Notes under the pieces: model-generated | The model's database searches: none | Seen by the model: only the letters and a program-made list of their open reading frames with translations | Told to the model about the DNA's origin: nothing | Made by a program: the position numbers and the translations under genes | Source of the DNA: Halobacteriales archaeon YIM A00010 | GTDB lineage: Archaea > Halobacteriota > Halobacteria > Halobacteriales > Haloarculaceae | Assembly (NCBI GenBank): GCA_025041175.1 | Contig: JAKCFJ010000001.1 | Location: 1,915,526-1,939,525 of the forward strand | DNA length: 24,000 nt | Direction of reading: 5' to 3' | Shown here: one piece after another, positions 23,329 to 24,000 of the stretch | How the letters are laid out: every line of letters starts with the position of its first letter | Numbering within the stretch: the stretch's first letter is position 1

Positions 23329-24000
23329 TGGGGGATTGTACAGCCGCGGGATTGATGTGTATTGCTATATGGACCGCCAGCAACCATCTATCATCTGAAA
23401 ATAGACCACAGCGGTTCGTTCGTATCCAAGCGAACTGTTCACGGACGGCTTCTGTCCGGCAATTTCCATCGTATTTTAGTTGCGACTACTACATCACCAT
23501 GATTGAGTTTTTATGTTTTAATGTCGGGGAAATATCCTTCAGTCCGGCACGATGATCGACGGTTGTTGTTTTTCGTTCAGATATTTATCAGTTACTAACC
23601 GACTACATACTCATGGTTATTGAATGGTGGAATGAGCAACGACGACAGTCCCAACGATCCTTCTTCGGGCGACATAGCTCTCGCTGTGGTTAAAGAGGTA
23701 CTCAGCTACCATCCCTACGGTGCGAAGATACTGAACGCGGGACAAACCGTGAACCGCCTGCGAAGACTCGGCTCCAGGAACAAGGGGACAGACAAGAAAA
23801 ACGGACGTAGCGGTTTTCCGGTGCCAAACGGGTTTGTATCTAGGCGCGATTCTCCGCCGAAATAGGACCTAACGAGGAGTATTCGATCCGCATTCGGAAC
23901 GGATGCGGAAAGCCCAACGTACGGACCGACTTCAAACTCTATCTCTAGACGCGATCGCAGCGCCATCAACACTCCGGCGAGAAACACGGCCATCGGTTGC

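Noticed and set aside
22525-23355. 276-aa (+) ORF opposite the Gfo/Idh/MocA oxidoreductase
   Set aside because: It is an antisense shadow with no motifs. The reverse-strand frame has the Rossmann signature.
23620-23993. Two overlapping ORFs (81 aa on +, 92 aa on -) at the right end
   Set aside because: They exclude each other. Both have only moderate third-position GC (about 62-65%) and atypical, non-acidic composition. I could not choose between them, so neither is reported as a feature.
1-24000. Search for CRISPR arrays, rRNA genes, transposases/integrases, and known multi-gene defence systems
   Set aside because: I saw no regularly spaced direct repeats, no rRNA-like sequence, and no ORF with DDE, serine/tyrosine recombinase, Cas, restriction-modification or similar signatures.

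Overview
High-GC archaeal chromosome segment, almost certainly from a haloarchaeon (class Halobacteria). The evidence is strongly acidic proteins, a proteasome-activating nucleotidase, an intron-containing tRNA-Gln(UUG), TATA boxes about 25-30 nt upstream of start codons, and oligo-T terminators. Most genes are housekeeping. They include a processive family-2 glycosyltransferase, PAN, cytochrome oxidase subunit I with two small membrane-protein genes, gcvPA-gcvPB, a YhbY-MscS pair, an alpha/beta hydrolase, the methylmalonyl-CoA mutase B12-binding subunit with MeaB, and a Gfo/Idh/MocA oxidoreductase. I see no CRISPR array, rRNA, transposase, integrase or recognisable multi-gene defence system. 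The only canonical accessory module is an HTH-nucleotidyltransferase/HEPN pair (9588-10569) flanked by two GNAT genes, one of them broken. The most unusual content is non-coding. (1) A family of roughly 100-110 bp hairpin-ended elements sharing the terminal inverted repeat ATAC(T/C)GTCGG has four copies at three loci. One copy is nested inside another (246-452, 318-429, 2458-2566, 8863-8961). (2) A 51-bp double-hairpin insertion with a flanking 5-6 bp duplication interrupts a GNAT gene in frame and introduces a TGA (10840-10890). (3) Two copies of a 21-bp palindrome GATTTGCTG-N3-CAGCAAA(T/A)C bracket a decayed carbamoyltransferase gene (4323-4343 and 5662-5682). That gene carries both a homopolymer frameshift and a foreign 3' end. 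Secondary items are a cytoplasmic trypsin-fold protease with uncharacterised extra domains, and an ORF-poor stretch near the tRNA containing a start-less acidic reading frame. All calls come from reading the sequence and translations by eye, with no database search.
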